64,000 nt of DNA, taken from NCBI GenBank assembly GCA_016839055.1, contig JAEKNX010000002.1:377451-441450 (forward strand), read 5' to 3'. Positions 1 to 9,723 of the stretch are shown here, piece after piece (positions within the stretch are counted from its first letter, which is position 1; each line of letters begins with the position of its first letter). This DNA is from Spirochaetales bacterium. Its GTDB lineage: Bacteria; Spirochaetota; Spirochaetia; UBA9216. Both the position numbers and the translations under genes were made by a program. A model generated the notes under the pieces. That model saw nothing but the letters and a program-made list of their open reading frames with translations. It was not told the DNA's origin and made no database searches.

Positions 1-1
1 T

Positions 2-397
2 ATCGATACTCCCTGGGGGAAGGTAGGAGTGGCTATCTGTTTTGATATTAGATTTGCCGAGCTGTTCAGGTTTATGGCACAGGAGGGCGCGCATACGGTG
101 ATTGTCCCTGCAGCCTTTAATATGACCACCGGACCGGCTCACTGGGAGCTGAGCTTCAGGATGAGAGCCGTCGATAATCAGATTTATATGGCCGGGCCTT
201 CTCCGGCGAGAAACAATGAGGCTGGTTATGTCTCATGGGCGAATTCAATCATCGTCGACCCCTGGGGAAGGGTCCTTGAGAAGCTTGATGCCGATGAAGG
301 AATAATAATTCACGAGATAGACCCCGGCTACGCGGAGAGCATCAGGGCGCAGTTGCCGATACTCTCCGGAGTTAAGCAAGAGGGATATTCGTTATAA
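2..397 (+). CDS. Carbon-nitrogen hydrolase family protein (nitrilase/amidase superfamily). The 5' end lies outside the window.
   Basis: The reading frame is open from the window edge (IDTPWGKVGVAICFDIRF...). The GxxICFD motif matches the catalytic-Cys region of C-N hydrolases. The annotated Met at 29 is internal. Confidence 0.65.
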   Translation: MDTPWGKVGVAICFDIRFAELFRFMAQEGAHTVIVPAAFNMTTGPAHWELSFRMRAVDNQIYMAGPSPARNNEAGYVSWANSIIVDPWGRVLEKLDADEGIIIHEIDPGYAESIRAQLPILSGVKQEGYSL

Positions 398-1573
398 GAG
401 TCCGAAGAGCCATCCTGCGAAGGTTGATAATATTACTACCAGAAACACATAGACCGACGTCTTCTTTATGCCCAGCTCACCATTAATGACAAGGATGGAC
501 GGTAGAGACAGTGACGGGCCTGCCAGAAGCAGCGCGAGAGCAGGTCCCCTTGCCATGCCGGCGCCAATGAGTCCCTGGAGGATTGGCACTTCTGTCAGAG
601 TCGCAAAGTACATGAAAGCACCCGATATTGCCGCAAGGAAGTTTGACGCAACCGAATTGGTTCCGACCAGGGATGCAATCCATTCCACCGGAATAAGCGC
701 CTGATGGCCCGGACGACCGAGAAGGAAACCTGCAACAAGGACGCCTCCGAACAGGAAGGGCAGGATTTGAAGGGCGAAATCACGCGTTGCTCCTCCCCAT
801 TGTTTTAGATCATCGCGGCTGAACCATTTTACGAGTGAGACGATGAGTAACACGCCGAAGATCGCGGTTATCAGGTACTTATACCGGAAAATCAGATCCC
901 AGGCTGAACTGCCTCCCTTCGAATTCGCCCAGTTTACAAAGACGAGGATTCCTATCATCGAGAACATATAGAGCATCATCTTCCCAAGAGATTTTCCTTC
1001 TCCATCATCCTGGTATTTAAACATCCTCTCATCGGCAAGCCTCTTCTCATCTTCCTTTCGAAAGATAAACTGCATGAGAAGTCCTATAACAACCGCGAAT
1101 GTTACCGCTCCGGCCATTCTGGCAAGGCCCAGCTGCCATCCGAAGACCTTGTATGACATAACTATAGCAAGAATGTTGATGGCCGGTCCTGAATAAAGGA
1201 AGCTTACAGCTGGTCCAAGTCCTGCACCCTTTTTGTATATTCCCTTGAAAAGGGGAAGTACCGTGCATGAGCAGACCGCGAGGATTGCACCTGATATCGA
1301 GGCCACACCATAGGCGACGGCCTTGGGTGCCTTGGGCCCCAGGTAACGTATAACAGCCTGCTGGTTTAAAAATACCGTTATAGCGCCCGCGATGAACATA
1401 GCAGGCACTAGGCACAACAGAACATGCTCTCTGGCGTACTCGCCAAGCATCATAAAGGCTTCGCCTATGGCACCTGCTATCCTGGGGCTGTCAAACGGAA
1501 TGAAGTAGGCTCCTGCAAACACGGCAGCTATAAACAGGAGAACTTTATTCGGAGAGAGTTCATTTTTTGCCAT
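392..1573 (-). CDS. Multi-pass membrane permease, COG0701/ArsP-like (DUF318-type).
   Basis: 393 aa, highly hydrophobic with repeated TM helices. Starts 6 nt after the stop of the thioredoxin-like gene. Such permeases typically pair with an ArsR and a redox-active disulfide protein. Confidence 0.65.
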   Translation of the reverse strand: MAKNELSPNKVLLFIAAVFAGAYFIPFDSPRIAGAIGEAFMMLGEYAREHVLLCLVPAMFIAGAITVFLNQQAVIRYLGPKAPKAVAYGVASISGAILAVCSCTVLPLFKGIYKKGAGLGPAVSFLYSGPAINILAIVMSYKVFGWQLGLARMAGAVTFAVVIGLLMQFIFRKEDEKRLADERMFKYQDDGEGKSLGKMMLYMFSMIGILVFVNWANSKGGSSAWDLIFRYKYLITAIFGVLLIVSLVKWFSRDDLKQWGGATRDFALQILPFLFGGVLVAGFLLGRPGHQALIPVEWIASLVGTNSVASNFLAAISGAFMYFATLTEVPILQGLIGAGMARGPALALLLAGPSLSLPSILVINGELGIKKTSVYVFLVVILSTFAGWLFGLL

Positions 1574-1579
1574 CTGGTT

Positions 1580-1816
1580 TTATACTTCCTTTAAGATTTT
1601 TTCAATCTGTTCTGGTTTTAACAGTTTGCCGCTTGATTTAACATCGCCGTCTATGGCCAGTGCAGGAGTTATCATTACTCCCATACTCATGATGGTGTCC
1701 ATGTCTGTTATCTTCTCAACTACGGCATCAAGCTGAATATTTGCAACCGCTTTCCTGGCATTGGCCTCGAGGGCCTTGCATTTCGCACATCCTGAGCCTA
1801 AAATCTGTATAGTCAT
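1580..1816 (-). CDS. Small thioredoxin-fold redox-active disulfide protein (CxxC).
   Basis: 78 aa with a GSGCAKCK CxxC motif near the N-terminus. Immediately precedes the permease in the same orientation. Confidence 0.65.
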   Translation of the reverse strand: MTIQILGSGCAKCKALEANARKAVANIQLDAVVEKITDMDTIMSMGVMITPALAIDGDVKSSGKLLKPEQIEKILKEV

Positions 1817-1923
1817 GTGAACTCCTTAAATGTTCTAAGTTTCTAAATAATGAAACAAAGAAACAGAATAGTCAATAGCATGTTGACAAAGTTTCTTAAA
1901 TTTGAAACTATGAGGCAGATATT
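1817..1923. promoter_or_regulatory. Divergent promoter/operator region between the arsR-like gene and the thioredoxin-permease operon.
   Basis: Two copies of the palindrome AGTTTC-N8-GAAAC(T), at 1839-1857 and 1890-1909. The second overlaps a TTGACA -35-like hexamer at 1884-1889, just upstream of the ArsR-family start. Confidence 0.35.
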
Positions 1924-2241
1924 ATGATGAATGAAAACGATAAAAAACGATGTGAGCTAAGGGCTCATATGTTCAAGGCGCTCGCGCATCCGGTAAGGAT
2001 ATTCTTTTTAGAAAAACTAAAAGAGGACTCGTGGTGCGTCTGTAAACTGGCTGAAGAGGCGGGAATTCCGAAATCCGCAGCATCTAAGCATCTGTCACAG
2101 CTAAAGGAAGCTGGACTCGTGGATGACGAGAAAAAGGGCACTATGGTTGAATACTGTTTAACAGCCCCCTGTGTTCTAGAGATGGCATCCTGTGCCGAAG
2201 GCGCGGTTCTTGCTAATAGACGAAAGAATCTCGGTTTATAG
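1924..2241 (+). CDS. ArsR/SmtB-family metalloregulatory transcriptional repressor.
   Basis: 105 aa with a winged-HTH signature (HPVRIFFLEKL...CVCKLAEEAGIPKSAASKHLSQLKEAGLV) and a CVC metal-sensing motif. Confidence 0.8.
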   Translation: MMNENDKKRCELRAHMFKALAHPVRIFFLEKLKEDSWCVCKLAEEAGIPKSAASKHLSQLKEAGLVDDEKKGTMVEYCLTAPCVLEMASCAEGAVLANRRKNLGL

Positions 2242-2306
2242 CGGAAACCATAACCTGTAATCAAGAGTCTGTTTTGAGACAGTCAAATAGAGCAGGGATT
2301 CGTCAA

Positions 2307-2600
2307 TCAGGAATCTTGAATCAGATTTTCAAGCTCCGGGGAACGTTTCTGGATAGCCCTTGAATATACGGAAAGGAGGCGGTTCTTCTCATTGGGGCCA
2401 ACTTTCCGGTAATCTCCTTCAAGGCCGTTCTTTTGTACCAGCCTGTGGATCTTGAGCTCGCCGAGAGAAGGCAAGGGTTCGCGTGTATAGTGAATTACAT
2501 AATCATGCAAATCATCAAATTCCTCGATAAATTCCATATACTCATTATTTCCTAGGTCGTAAACATCACCCTTCTTCGGCATATCATTCTCCTGCTGCAT
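2307..2600 (-). CDS. Hypothetical protein.
   Basis: 97-aa ORF in an otherwise non-coding gap. No recognisable motif. Confidence 0.35.
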   Translation of the reverse strand: MQQENDMPKKGDVYDLGNNEYMEFIEEFDDLHDYVIHYTREPLPSLGELKIHRLVQKNGLEGDYRKVGPNEKNRLLSVYSRAIQKRSPELENLIQDS

Positions 2601-2670
2601 TCTGCTTTAAATAAAATAATCCAAAACTGCCTTTTTAGCAATGAAAAAGAGGCTTTGATCAATTAAACTA

Positions 2671-3144
2671 TTGCTTTATAATCCGGTTATGATTCCAGCA
2701 GATATCAAGAATTTACTTGAACAGAATAATCTCAAAGCAATTGAATTTGAGGACGGCAGTACTCCCACCGCGGTAACCGCGGCTGAAAAACTTGGAGTAG
2801 AAACAGGACAGATAGCAAAATCAATTTTGCTGAAAGGCAAAAACAGTGGTTTTTATCTTGTAGTCTGTGCCGGAGACAAGCGGGTTTCGACAGCAAAACT
2901 GAAAACCTTGATCGGAACAAAGACGCGTATGGCGACGCGGGAAGAACTCTTTCAGGAGCTCAGCTTCAAGCCGGGAGAAGTCTGTCCGTTCAGACCGGAG
3001 AGAGTTGCGGTTTTCATAGATAAAAGTCTTGAAGAATTTGATCTGGTATATCCCGCCGCGGGCACTGATTCTTCAGGTGTCCCTGTAACTTATGAAAAAC
3101 TTATCAAGATGACTGGTGCCGGCGAATGCGACGTAACAGGCTGA
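2671..3144 (+). CDS. YbaK/ProX-type aminoacyl-tRNA deacylase (editing domain protein).
   Basis: 157 aa. The ...SILLKGKNSGFYLVVCAGDKRVSTAKLK... pattern resembles the YbaK/EbsC family. Confidence 0.6.
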   Translation: MLYNPVMIPADIKNLLEQNNLKAIEFEDGSTPTAVTAAEKLGVETGQIAKSILLKGKNSGFYLVVCAGDKRVSTAKLKTLIGTKTRMATREELFQELSFKPGEVCPFRPERVAVFIDKSLEEFDLVYPAAGTDSSGVPVTYEKLIKMTGAGECDVTG

Positions 3145-4436
3145 AATTTATAGGCTGGGTAATCCCTGCAATGGTGCTGATTTCCTGTAACGGAAGGTTC
3201 GGAGCGATGATCCCGGATTATTCGGCTTATAATGCTCTTGCTCCTGGTGGGCTCGAGGTGACTCTGGAACATGATTTCAGCTTTGAAGCTCTGGATGGTT
3301 TTCGGGGGCTTATTCATGATTTTAATAATACAAATGAATATGGAATTAACATAAAGCTGACATCAGGACAGTCCGAAGGCAAGGCTGATCTGAGGTTTGT
3401 GGCGTCCCCGGTTGCCGCATCAATGCTTCGCCGGGGAGAGAGCATCGAGCTCTCACCGCTTGTATATCATCCCGTCTGGGGGTTGGAAAACAGGCGTGAT
3501 GATTTTTACCGGGAGGCAAGAGCCCAGACCGATTACTGGAGCTTCAGCAGGAAAATAACCTCGATTCCAGTTCTAATGAGTGCGGAAGTGCTGCTTGTAA
3601 ACAACGGGATTCTGCAGGAATATGGTTTCTCAAAATTTCCCGGAAGCTGGCCGGTTATGAACTTTCTATTATGGAAAATAAAAAATGAAGGCTTGTACAG
3701 CGGAATGGGGATGGATTTCAGTGCTGACTCGGTTATAGCCATGATAAATGCCCGCGGCGGATCCATCCTGCGGCCTGGCGGTTTTTCATACAGTTTCAAT
3801 AACCCTGTGGTGAACGGGACTCTCCGCTATATTCGCGAACGCTCGGAAGACTTGGTTATCTCCGGCAACAATACCGATTATCTCAACCAGAGTGAGTTTT
3901 CCTTTGGAAAACTTTTATCTGCTTTCACCGGACCTGAGGGAATCAGGTATTATGACAAGCTCATCAGGGCGGTCAATCCTGATCTCAACTGGACAACGGC
4001 TCTCCTTCCGACAAGACGTCTTGGTAGCGGTTTGACCGCGGACTGTCGAAGCAGCGTTGTAATTACTGCATCGGATTCAGAAAAACAACTTGCCGCCTGG
4101 CTTTTTATAAAGTGGCTGACCTCTGTGGATGTTCAGGTACGCCTTGCCGGAATAACGGGTTCATTTCCCGCGAATTTCAGGGCGGCTGAAAAAATCATCG
4201 AGTCGCCGTCTGCTGCTGCTTCTCTGCCTGTCCAATGGGTTTCTGCTCTGGAGAAATTTCATAAGGCTTATAAAGAGTTACTTCCGAATTTCTCTGATTA
4301 TCCTGAAGTTTCGCTTAAGTTTGAAGGTTTAATTGAGGGTTCTCAGAACGGAGATTTGATATGGATTGAAACCTGGAAACTAAACAGGGAAGTTAAAAAG
4401 CAAAGGCGAGATGAACGAAAAAAAAGGCGGGAATAA
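3126..4436 (+). CDS. Lipoprotein of unknown function (putative periplasmic binding-like).
   Basis: N-terminal signal with a lipobox-like LISC followed by Cys. 436 aa with a basic KKQRRDERKKRRE C-terminus. Confidence 0.5.
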   Translation: MRRNRLKFIGWVIPAMVLISCNGRFGAMIPDYSAYNALAPGGLEVTLEHDFSFEALDGFRGLIHDFNNTNEYGINIKLTSGQSEGKADLRFVASPVAASMLRRGESIELSPLVYHPVWGLENRRDDFYREARAQTDYWSFSRKITSIPVLMSAEVLLVNNGILQEYGFSKFPGSWPVMNFLLWKIKNEGLYSGMGMDFSADSVIAMINARGGSILRPGGFSYSFNNPVVNGTLRYIRERSEDLVISGNNTDYLNQSEFSFGKLLSAFTGPEGIRYYDKLIRAVNPDLNWTTALLPTRRLGSGLTADCRSSVVITASDSEKQLAAWLFIKWLTSVDVQVRLAGITGSFPANFRAAEKIIESPSAAASLPVQWVSALEKFHKAYKELLPNFSDYPEVSLKFEGLIEGSQNGDLIWIETWKLNREVKKQRRDERKKRRE

Positions 4437-4437
4437 G

Positions 4438-4797
4438 ATGAAGAAAGTATTAATGGTCTCAAACAGCTGGCGTCCATCGGAAGAAGAACAGATATGCCTA
4501 AAATGCGGAAGCAGTATCGAGTACAGCTGGGGAGATTATTCCTTCAGATATTTTGAAAAAAAAGATAAATCTGATTTGGGGATACTCTGCAAGAGCTGTG
4601 CTGTCGAGCTGAAGAATACGGATAAACAAGTTAAGGTAATAAACAGATCATATATAATGGATTTAATCAGTATGAAGAATTCCGGCTGGAAACCCCAGCC
4701 CAAACAGAAGGCGCGGTGGGGTTCCGGCGGCTCAGACTCCGGTGGAGGAGCGGCGGGTGAAATCAATCCTGATAATAAAGAAGATGCTGATAAATGA
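4438..4797 (+). CDS. Hypothetical zinc-ribbon protein.
   Basis: CLKCGSS...CKSC motif pair. Low-complexity Gly/Ser tail. The 3' end overlaps the convergent transporter gene by 66 nt, so the true extent is uncertain. Confidence 0.3.
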   Translation: MKKVLMVSNSWRPSEEEQICLKCGSSIEYSWGDYSFRYFEKKDKSDLGILCKSCAVELKNTDKQVKVINRSYIMDLISMKNSGWKPQPKQKARWGSGGSDSGGGAAGEINPDNKEDADK

Positions 4798-6009
4798 CAG
4801 CAGGCCCATAATTCCGAAGACTATTCTGTAAGAATCGGCGGTAAGGAATGAGAGAGTATCAAGGAGTTTTCCGCTCAACAGCGAAATACCCATACTCAGC
4901 GGGAGCAGGATTATTGAGGCGGCAGCGAAGATACTAGTTGTATCTGATGCTCCGGAAATAATTTTTACTGCCGGAGCATAGATGAGACTCCTTATCGCTT
5001 TTGAGAAACCGAGAAGAACGCTTGCTCCGAGGAATACCGGAAGACCTGTGCCGGTTACTAGCAGGATGACCGCGCCTATACTGCATATTCTTGAAATAAC
5101 GCATTTGGTTTTCAGCTGAAACAGATTGAATGAGCCGAAAATAATGTTTGTTGTAATCTGTCCGGCATAATTAAATCCTACGAAAAATCCGGCTGCCGCT
5201 GCAGGAGAAATATTGTGATAAACTACGGCATAGTTGGCATAAAATGACATGACGGCGATAACCGCATAGAGTTCAATGTCGCTAAGCAGAAAGAGCATGA
5301 GATTTTTGTCGCCGAGGGTGCTTTTAAAGGCCTGGCGGATGAATGAGCCGAATCCCTGTCTGTCTATTTGGGTATCAGCCTTTGATTCCTCTTCTTTGGT
5401 AAGAAGAAAAGCGAATGACCCGAAAAAGAATAACAGTCCGCAGAAGATAAACAGCAGTGCTGAATTAGATGGAGTAATGCTCCGGCTATGGAAATAATCG
5501 GCGATAAAAAAACTGCATATAAGCCGGCCGGCAGATTGTGCAATCATCATTATCGCAACTGCCGGTAGAAGCTGTGCGGGTTTAAAAAGTTTCACAAAGT
5601 AATTCTGCCAGACCGGGAGAGTCATTCCAATTCCGATGCTGAATACCGAATACAGGATGAAAAAGACAGCGAGAGTCGACGAATGTTCACCATTGCTGAG
5701 CAGCAGGAACAGGCCGAACAGCAGGATGGCTAATGCCGGATAGAGATGGAATTTTATGACCGCGGGTCTCTTCCTGGCCAGGGGTTTTGTCCAGTAGGCG
5801 GAAACCAGGCCGAATAGCGCCTGACTGGCAAAGGCTATACCGGGAACAAAGGCTATCATGAAACTCGTCGCGCCGAGATCCTTCAGGAAGAGTTGAAGGA
5901 AGGTTGATTCTAAAACCAAGGGAAGTCCCATTCCCCAGAAGAACTCGACAATTGAAATTCCAGCTGTATTTTGAAGAAAATTACTGTTTTCTTTGTGCTC
6001 TATCATCAT
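4732..6009 (-). CDS. MFS-type membrane transporter.
   Basis: 425 aa with about 12 predicted hydrophobic helices. Confidence 0.55.
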   Translation of the reverse strand: MMIEHKENSNFLQNTAGISIVEFFWGMGLPLVLESTFLQLFLKDLGATSFMIAFVPGIAFASQALFGLVSAYWTKPLARKRPAVIKFHLYPALAILLFGLFLLLSNGEHSSTLAVFFILYSVFSIGIGMTLPVWQNYFVKLFKPAQLLPAVAIMMIAQSAGRLICSFFIADYFHSRSITPSNSALLFIFCGLLFFFGSFAFLLTKEEESKADTQIDRQGFGSFIRQAFKSTLGDKNLMLFLLSDIELYAVIAVMSFYANYAVVYHNISPAAAAGFFVGFNYAGQITTNIIFGSFNLFQLKTKCVISRICSIGAVILLVTGTGLPVFLGASVLLGFSKAIRSLIYAPAVKIISGASDTTSIFAAASIILLPLSMGISLLSGKLLDTLSFLTADSYRIVFGIMGLLSFISIFFIIRIDFTRRSSTGV

Positions 6010-6051
6010 TCGGGATTTTATACTAAAGTAGTAACACTTTACAATACAGGG

Positions 6052-6741
6052 ATGCCAATGAAATTTAAATTGCTAATCTTTGACCTCGACAACACCTTGT
6101 TAGACTATGAAATGGCTGAGAATTACGCTCTTGATGAGACCTTTAAATATTTTAAATTAGAGTCAACCGAGGAGCTCAAAGAGTCATTCCGGATTATTAA
6201 TGAGGAAAACTGGCAGAAACTCGAGAAGGGAGAAATTACCTCTGTCGAGCTTAGGGTATTGCGGTTCGAACAGTTTGGCAGAACCCAAGGTTTAAAATGG
6301 AATCCGAACGAGGTTAGCAGAATATATCTTGAAAACCTGGGGCGCGGAGGATTCATTATTGAAGGCGCGGATGTTCTGCTTGAGGATCTTAAAAAACACT
6401 TCCGGCTTGCATCTGTGACTAACGGAATTTCTGATGTGCAGAGGGCAAGACTTGAAAATTCTTCCTTTGACGGATATTTTAATCCCTTGGTGATTTCCGA
6501 CGAAGTGGGGGTGGCTAAACCGGATCCCGAAATATTCCGTATCCTGCTTGAGAAGGCTAATATAACCGATAAAGAATCTGTCCTGATGATAGGCGACAGC
6601 CTTACCTCGGATATAATGGGAGCGGCGGCATTCGGCATACCGTCCTGCTGGTATAACCCGAAAAATCTGCCTTCAGATTCTGATATAAGCCCCGATTTTA
6701 CGATTACAAATCTTGAGGAAATTAGAGACATAGTTCTCTGA
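6052..6741 (+). CDS. HAD superfamily hydrolase (subfamily IA, YjjG-like nucleotidase/phosphatase).
   Basis: DLDNTL motif I (LLIFDLDNTLLDY), a motif II Ser/Thr (SVTNG) and a motif IV GDS (MIGDSLTSD). The start is placed at MPMKFK, at 6052. Confidence 0.75.
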   Translation: MPMKFKLLIFDLDNTLLDYEMAENYALDETFKYFKLESTEELKESFRIINEENWQKLEKGEITSVELRVLRFEQFGRTQGLKWNPNEVSRIYLENLGRGGFIIEGADVLLEDLKKHFRLASVTNGISDVQRARLENSSFDGYFNPLVISDEVGVAKPDPEIFRILLEKANITDKESVLMIGDSLTSDIMGAAAFGIPSCWYNPKNLPSDSDISPDFTITNLEEIRDIVL

Positions 6742-6758
6742 TTCAGGTATATTAAACT

Positions 6759-7124
6759 ATGGCATATTCAGACGATTATTTAAGACAGCTCAGCCGACAG
6801 AAGGCAAAGGGCGTAGCGGTGGAGCCTGAAATGGTTCGTACACTTTTTTCCAGGTATGTTTCAGATCTTCCTACCGAACTGTGTTGGGATATTTTAAATT
6901 ATTTCCTCGAAGGCTCGGATGCGGGGCAGGTCCTGGAAATTGCCGAGCGGTTATCGGTGGTGATTGATCTTTTTGAGGGTGAATACGATGAAGATGATCT
7001 CAAGCTGACCGACGAAGAGCTCTCGTTCATAAGTGAAAGCGTAAACGATTTCGCGATTAATTTGACCGATGATATGTTGATGAATGTAATGCGGGCCGCG
7101 GTTTCCCGCAGGCTGATGGGGTAA
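6759..7124 (+). CDS. Hypothetical acidic protein.
   Basis: 121-aa ORF in an operon-like arrangement with the downstream membrane protein. Confidence 0.4.
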   Translation: MAYSDDYLRQLSRQKAKGVAVEPEMVRTLFSRYVSDLPTELCWDILNYFLEGSDAGQVLEIAERLSVVIDLFEGEYDEDDLKLTDEELSFISESVNDFAINLTDDMLMNVMRAAVSRRLMG

Positions 7125-7127
7125 CTT

Positions 7128-7709
7128 ATGTATTTTAATGAAGAACTTAGACCCGGAATACGGGATTATCTTAAAAAATCAATATGGACGGGTCTTCTTC
7201 AGGGGCTCTGCGGAATAATTTTCGGCATCTATACTCTGATATCGCCCATCGGAACTCTGAGTATATTCCTGTCCGTGATTGGACTTTTGCTCCTCCTTCA
7301 TGGCGGCCTTCTTGTTATTTCGGCATTGATGGGCATCAGAAGTGACAGCATGTGGCTCGTACTCTTTGCGGCGGGACTTTTTCAGCTGCTTCTCGGGCTG
7401 TTTATCGTATCAAAATCAGATGGCCTGTCGGAGATTGCGGTAATGCTTTCGACGGTAGGGCTCGGGCTGATAGGAATAATGACAGGAACAATCAGCTTGA
7501 TTTCTGCGATAAGATACCGTGATGCGGCACATAATGTCTGGTCTTATATCTCCCGCGGAGGACTGTTTTTTATTATCGGTGTGGCAATGCTCCTGGCTCC
7601 TTTTGGATTCGGAACGGCAATGGTAAGAACAATTGCCGTTATCGCAGTTTTCCTAGGTGCGCTTCAGAGCTGGGGCGCGGTTAAACTCTATATAGAACTC
7701 AAATCTTGA
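7128..7709 (+). CDS. HdeD/DUF308-like membrane protein.
   Basis: 193 aa with repeated paired TM helices and Gly-rich segments. Confidence 0.45.
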   Translation: MYFNEELRPGIRDYLKKSIWTGLLQGLCGIIFGIYTLISPIGTLSIFLSVIGLLLLLHGGLLVISALMGIRSDSMWLVLFAAGLFQLLLGLFIVSKSDGLSEIAVMLSTVGLGLIGIMTGTISLISAIRYRDAAHNVWSYISRGGLFFIIGVAMLLAPFGFGTAMVRTIAVIAVFLGALQSWGAVKLYIELKS

Positions 7710-7748
7710 CGCCTGCACCAGGGGTTGTAGAATTATCCGGAGGGGAAA

Positions 7749-8384
7749 TTGAGCTTAATTAAAGTGAAAACATTCTGTCTTGGAATGTGGATGACAAATT
7801 CTTATCTCATATCAAAAGAGGGAAGTTCTGCCTGCTGGCTTATAGACGCAGGCTTTGAACCAGGGAGCATGATAGAGGAAATAAAGGCCGCGGGCCTGAG
7901 GCCTGAGCTGCTTATCTATACTCATGCCCACCTTGATCATATTGCCGGAGCCGACGCAGTAATATCGGCCTTTCCTGAGATCAAGACCGCAATATCTTCC
8001 GAGGAAGCAGCCTTTCTCTCTGATCCGGCCCTTAATCTCTCTACATCAACCGGTATGAATATAACGGCACCTCCTGCAGATATGGAACTCTCGGACGGCG
8101 AGGAACTTGATTTTGAAGGCTTTATTTTTAAAGTTCTGCATACTCCCGGACACAGCCCGGGCGGAATATGTCTGTATCAGCGTGAAAGTGATATTCTTTT
8201 TTCCGGTGACACCCTGTTTCAGGGTTCGGTAGGCCGTTATGATTTTCCGACCTCAAACGGAGAGGCTCTGATGGCTTCGATAAAAGAGAAGCTGATTACT
8301 CTTCCTGATACCACTATTATTTATCCGGGACACGGCGGTTCGAGCCGGATAGGCGATGAGAAAAGAACAAATCCTTTTCTATAG
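7749..8384 (+). CDS. MBL-fold metallo-hydrolase (glyoxalase II-like).
   Basis: HAHLDHIAG (HxHxDH) metal-binding motif. Downstream His/Asp residues are typical of the beta-lactamase fold. Confidence 0.75.
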   Translation: MSLIKVKTFCLGMWMTNSYLISKEGSSACWLIDAGFEPGSMIEEIKAAGLRPELLIYTHAHLDHIAGADAVISAFPEIKTAISSEEAAFLSDPALNLSTSTGMNITAPPADMELSDGEELDFEGFIFKVLHTPGHSPGGICLYQRESDILFSGDTLFQGSVGRYDFPTSNGEALMASIKEKLITLPDTTIIYPGHGGSSRIGDEKRTNPFL

Positions 8385-8520
8385 GAATCGAAAGGGTTTT
8401 CTGAGTCAGGCATTCGGAAAAATGTCCGCTGCCGTATATGAGAACTGCGAAAATATCAGTTCTTTATAAGGAGCTTGAGAAGTCATTTGCCAGGAAAATA
8501 AAGAGATTTAAGGTGAAAAA

Positions 8521-9723
8521 ATGAAGAACCTTTACAGCTTATTATCCGGGAAGGCAAAGAGCCTCCTGTTTTTCTCAGTATTACTAGCTGCCGGTTTTCC
8601 GCTTTTAGCAGAGGTGATTTATATCGAGGATATGGGCTTTGTTATAGATCTGCCCATAGGCTGGGAAGTGATGGATGTTACCGAATCACGTTATACTTTC
8701 AATGATTTTACAGGCGACGCTTTTCTTCAATTGAAAATGTGGCCGGGAGACAAATATGACTCAGCTGAGGGTATGTTTGATCTTGTCGGCCAGGATATAG
8801 GCGCCTCGGGTGAGGGCGACAGCTTCGACTTCTATGGCCGGGAGGCTGTTTTTGCCTCCATAGATTTCATATCCGGAGATTTTGATTATTCAGGCTATGG
8901 TCTATTCGCCGATGGTGAGGACTATGATTTAACCATCCTCGCTTTCGCCTCATCCGCCAAGGCGGAGCAGCTTGCCGATTACCTTTTGTCGGCACTCGAT
9001 TCATTTTCACTTTCACCTGGGCTGATGTTTAATCCGGGTCCGGTCAGCCGGTACTATCTTGAGTCATATGAGAGCCCCGAGAGGGTGGATGCCGTAACCG
9101 CTTTTGAAGGTGTTGCCGTGGAATGGCAGATTGATAATCACGCGGTTGAAGCCTCACAGCTTGTAATTGAGCGTGAAGCAGCAGTTCTCTCCGATTATAA
9201 ACCCCAGACCGAGGCAGGGACAGAGGCCTGGAAGCGGTACTACAGGATGGTTTACAGGGATACTTACTCCCGGCTCGATTATCCGGCGGCTCTGCTGAAA
9301 GAGCGGCTTAAGGCTTCCCCCGGCCAAACCTTAAGTACCGAAGCACATGAGCTTGAAACAGCAGAAAGGCTTCTATCATGGGTTCAGCTCTTTAGCTATC
9401 GGCGCACAGGCGGGTCGGACCTGATTAGCCCGTTTTCGGCCGCGGCCTTTCAGGAAGGTGACTGTGACAGCCGAAGCCTCCTTTACATAATCCTGTTAAA
9501 CCATTATGGTATTGATTCCGCTTTAATGGTCTCATCGATCTACAGTCACGCAATGGCTGCCGTGGATGTTGAGGCAAGAGGAGCAAAAATCAGAATAAAT
9601 AACAGAGATTTTACAGTCGCCGAGACTACCGATGATGTTGACATCGGGATGATAGCAGCCGATATGGCTGATCCGGCAAACTGGATTATCATACCGTTAA
9701 TGGAGAAGGAACCATGGAATTAA
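8521..9723 (+). CDS. Secreted protein with a putative transglutaminase-like Cys-His-Asp core.
   Basis: N-terminal signal peptide. The C-terminal region (QEGDCDSRSLLYIILLNHYGIDSALMVS...SHAMAAVDVE) resembles a TGc/cysteine-peptidase core. Confidence 0.4.
   Translation: MKNLYSLLSGKAKSLLFFSVLLAAGFPLLAEVIYIEDMGFVIDLPIGWEVMDVTESRYTFNDFTGDAFLQLKMWPGDKYDSAEGMFDLVGQDIGASGEGDSFDFYGREAVFASIDFISGDFDYSGYGLFADGEDYDLTILAFASSAKAEQLADYLLSALDSFSLSPGLMFNPGPVSRYYLESYESPERVDAVTAFEGVAVEWQIDNHAVEASQLVIEREAAVLSDYKPQTEAGTEAWKRYYRMVYRDTYSRLDYPAALLKERLKASPGQTLSTEAHELETAERLLSWVQLFSYRRTGGSDLISPFSAAAFQEGDCDSRSLLYIILLNHYGIDSALMVSSIYSHAMAAVDVEARGAKIRINNRDFTVAETTDDVDIGMIAADMADPANWIIIPLMEKEPWN

Noticed and set aside
468-783. 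ORFs (62-78 aa) on both strands nested inside the permease gene.
   Set aside because: They lie entirely within a longer, better-supported membrane-protein CDS, and their translations have skewed, Arg/Ser/Pro-rich composition typical of out-of-frame shadow ORFs in ~50% GC coding sequence. The same applies to many similar nested ORFs in the track, for example 16383..17063, 19486..20094, 6123..6731, 48578..49159 and 61589..62203.
4732-4797. A 66-nt convergent overlap between the zinc-ribbon ORF and the MFS transporter, considered as a possible antisense regulatory arrangement.
   Set aside because: The overlap is more likely over-extension of the weakly supported 128-aa ORF, whose low-complexity Gly/Ser tail covers it, than a real feature.
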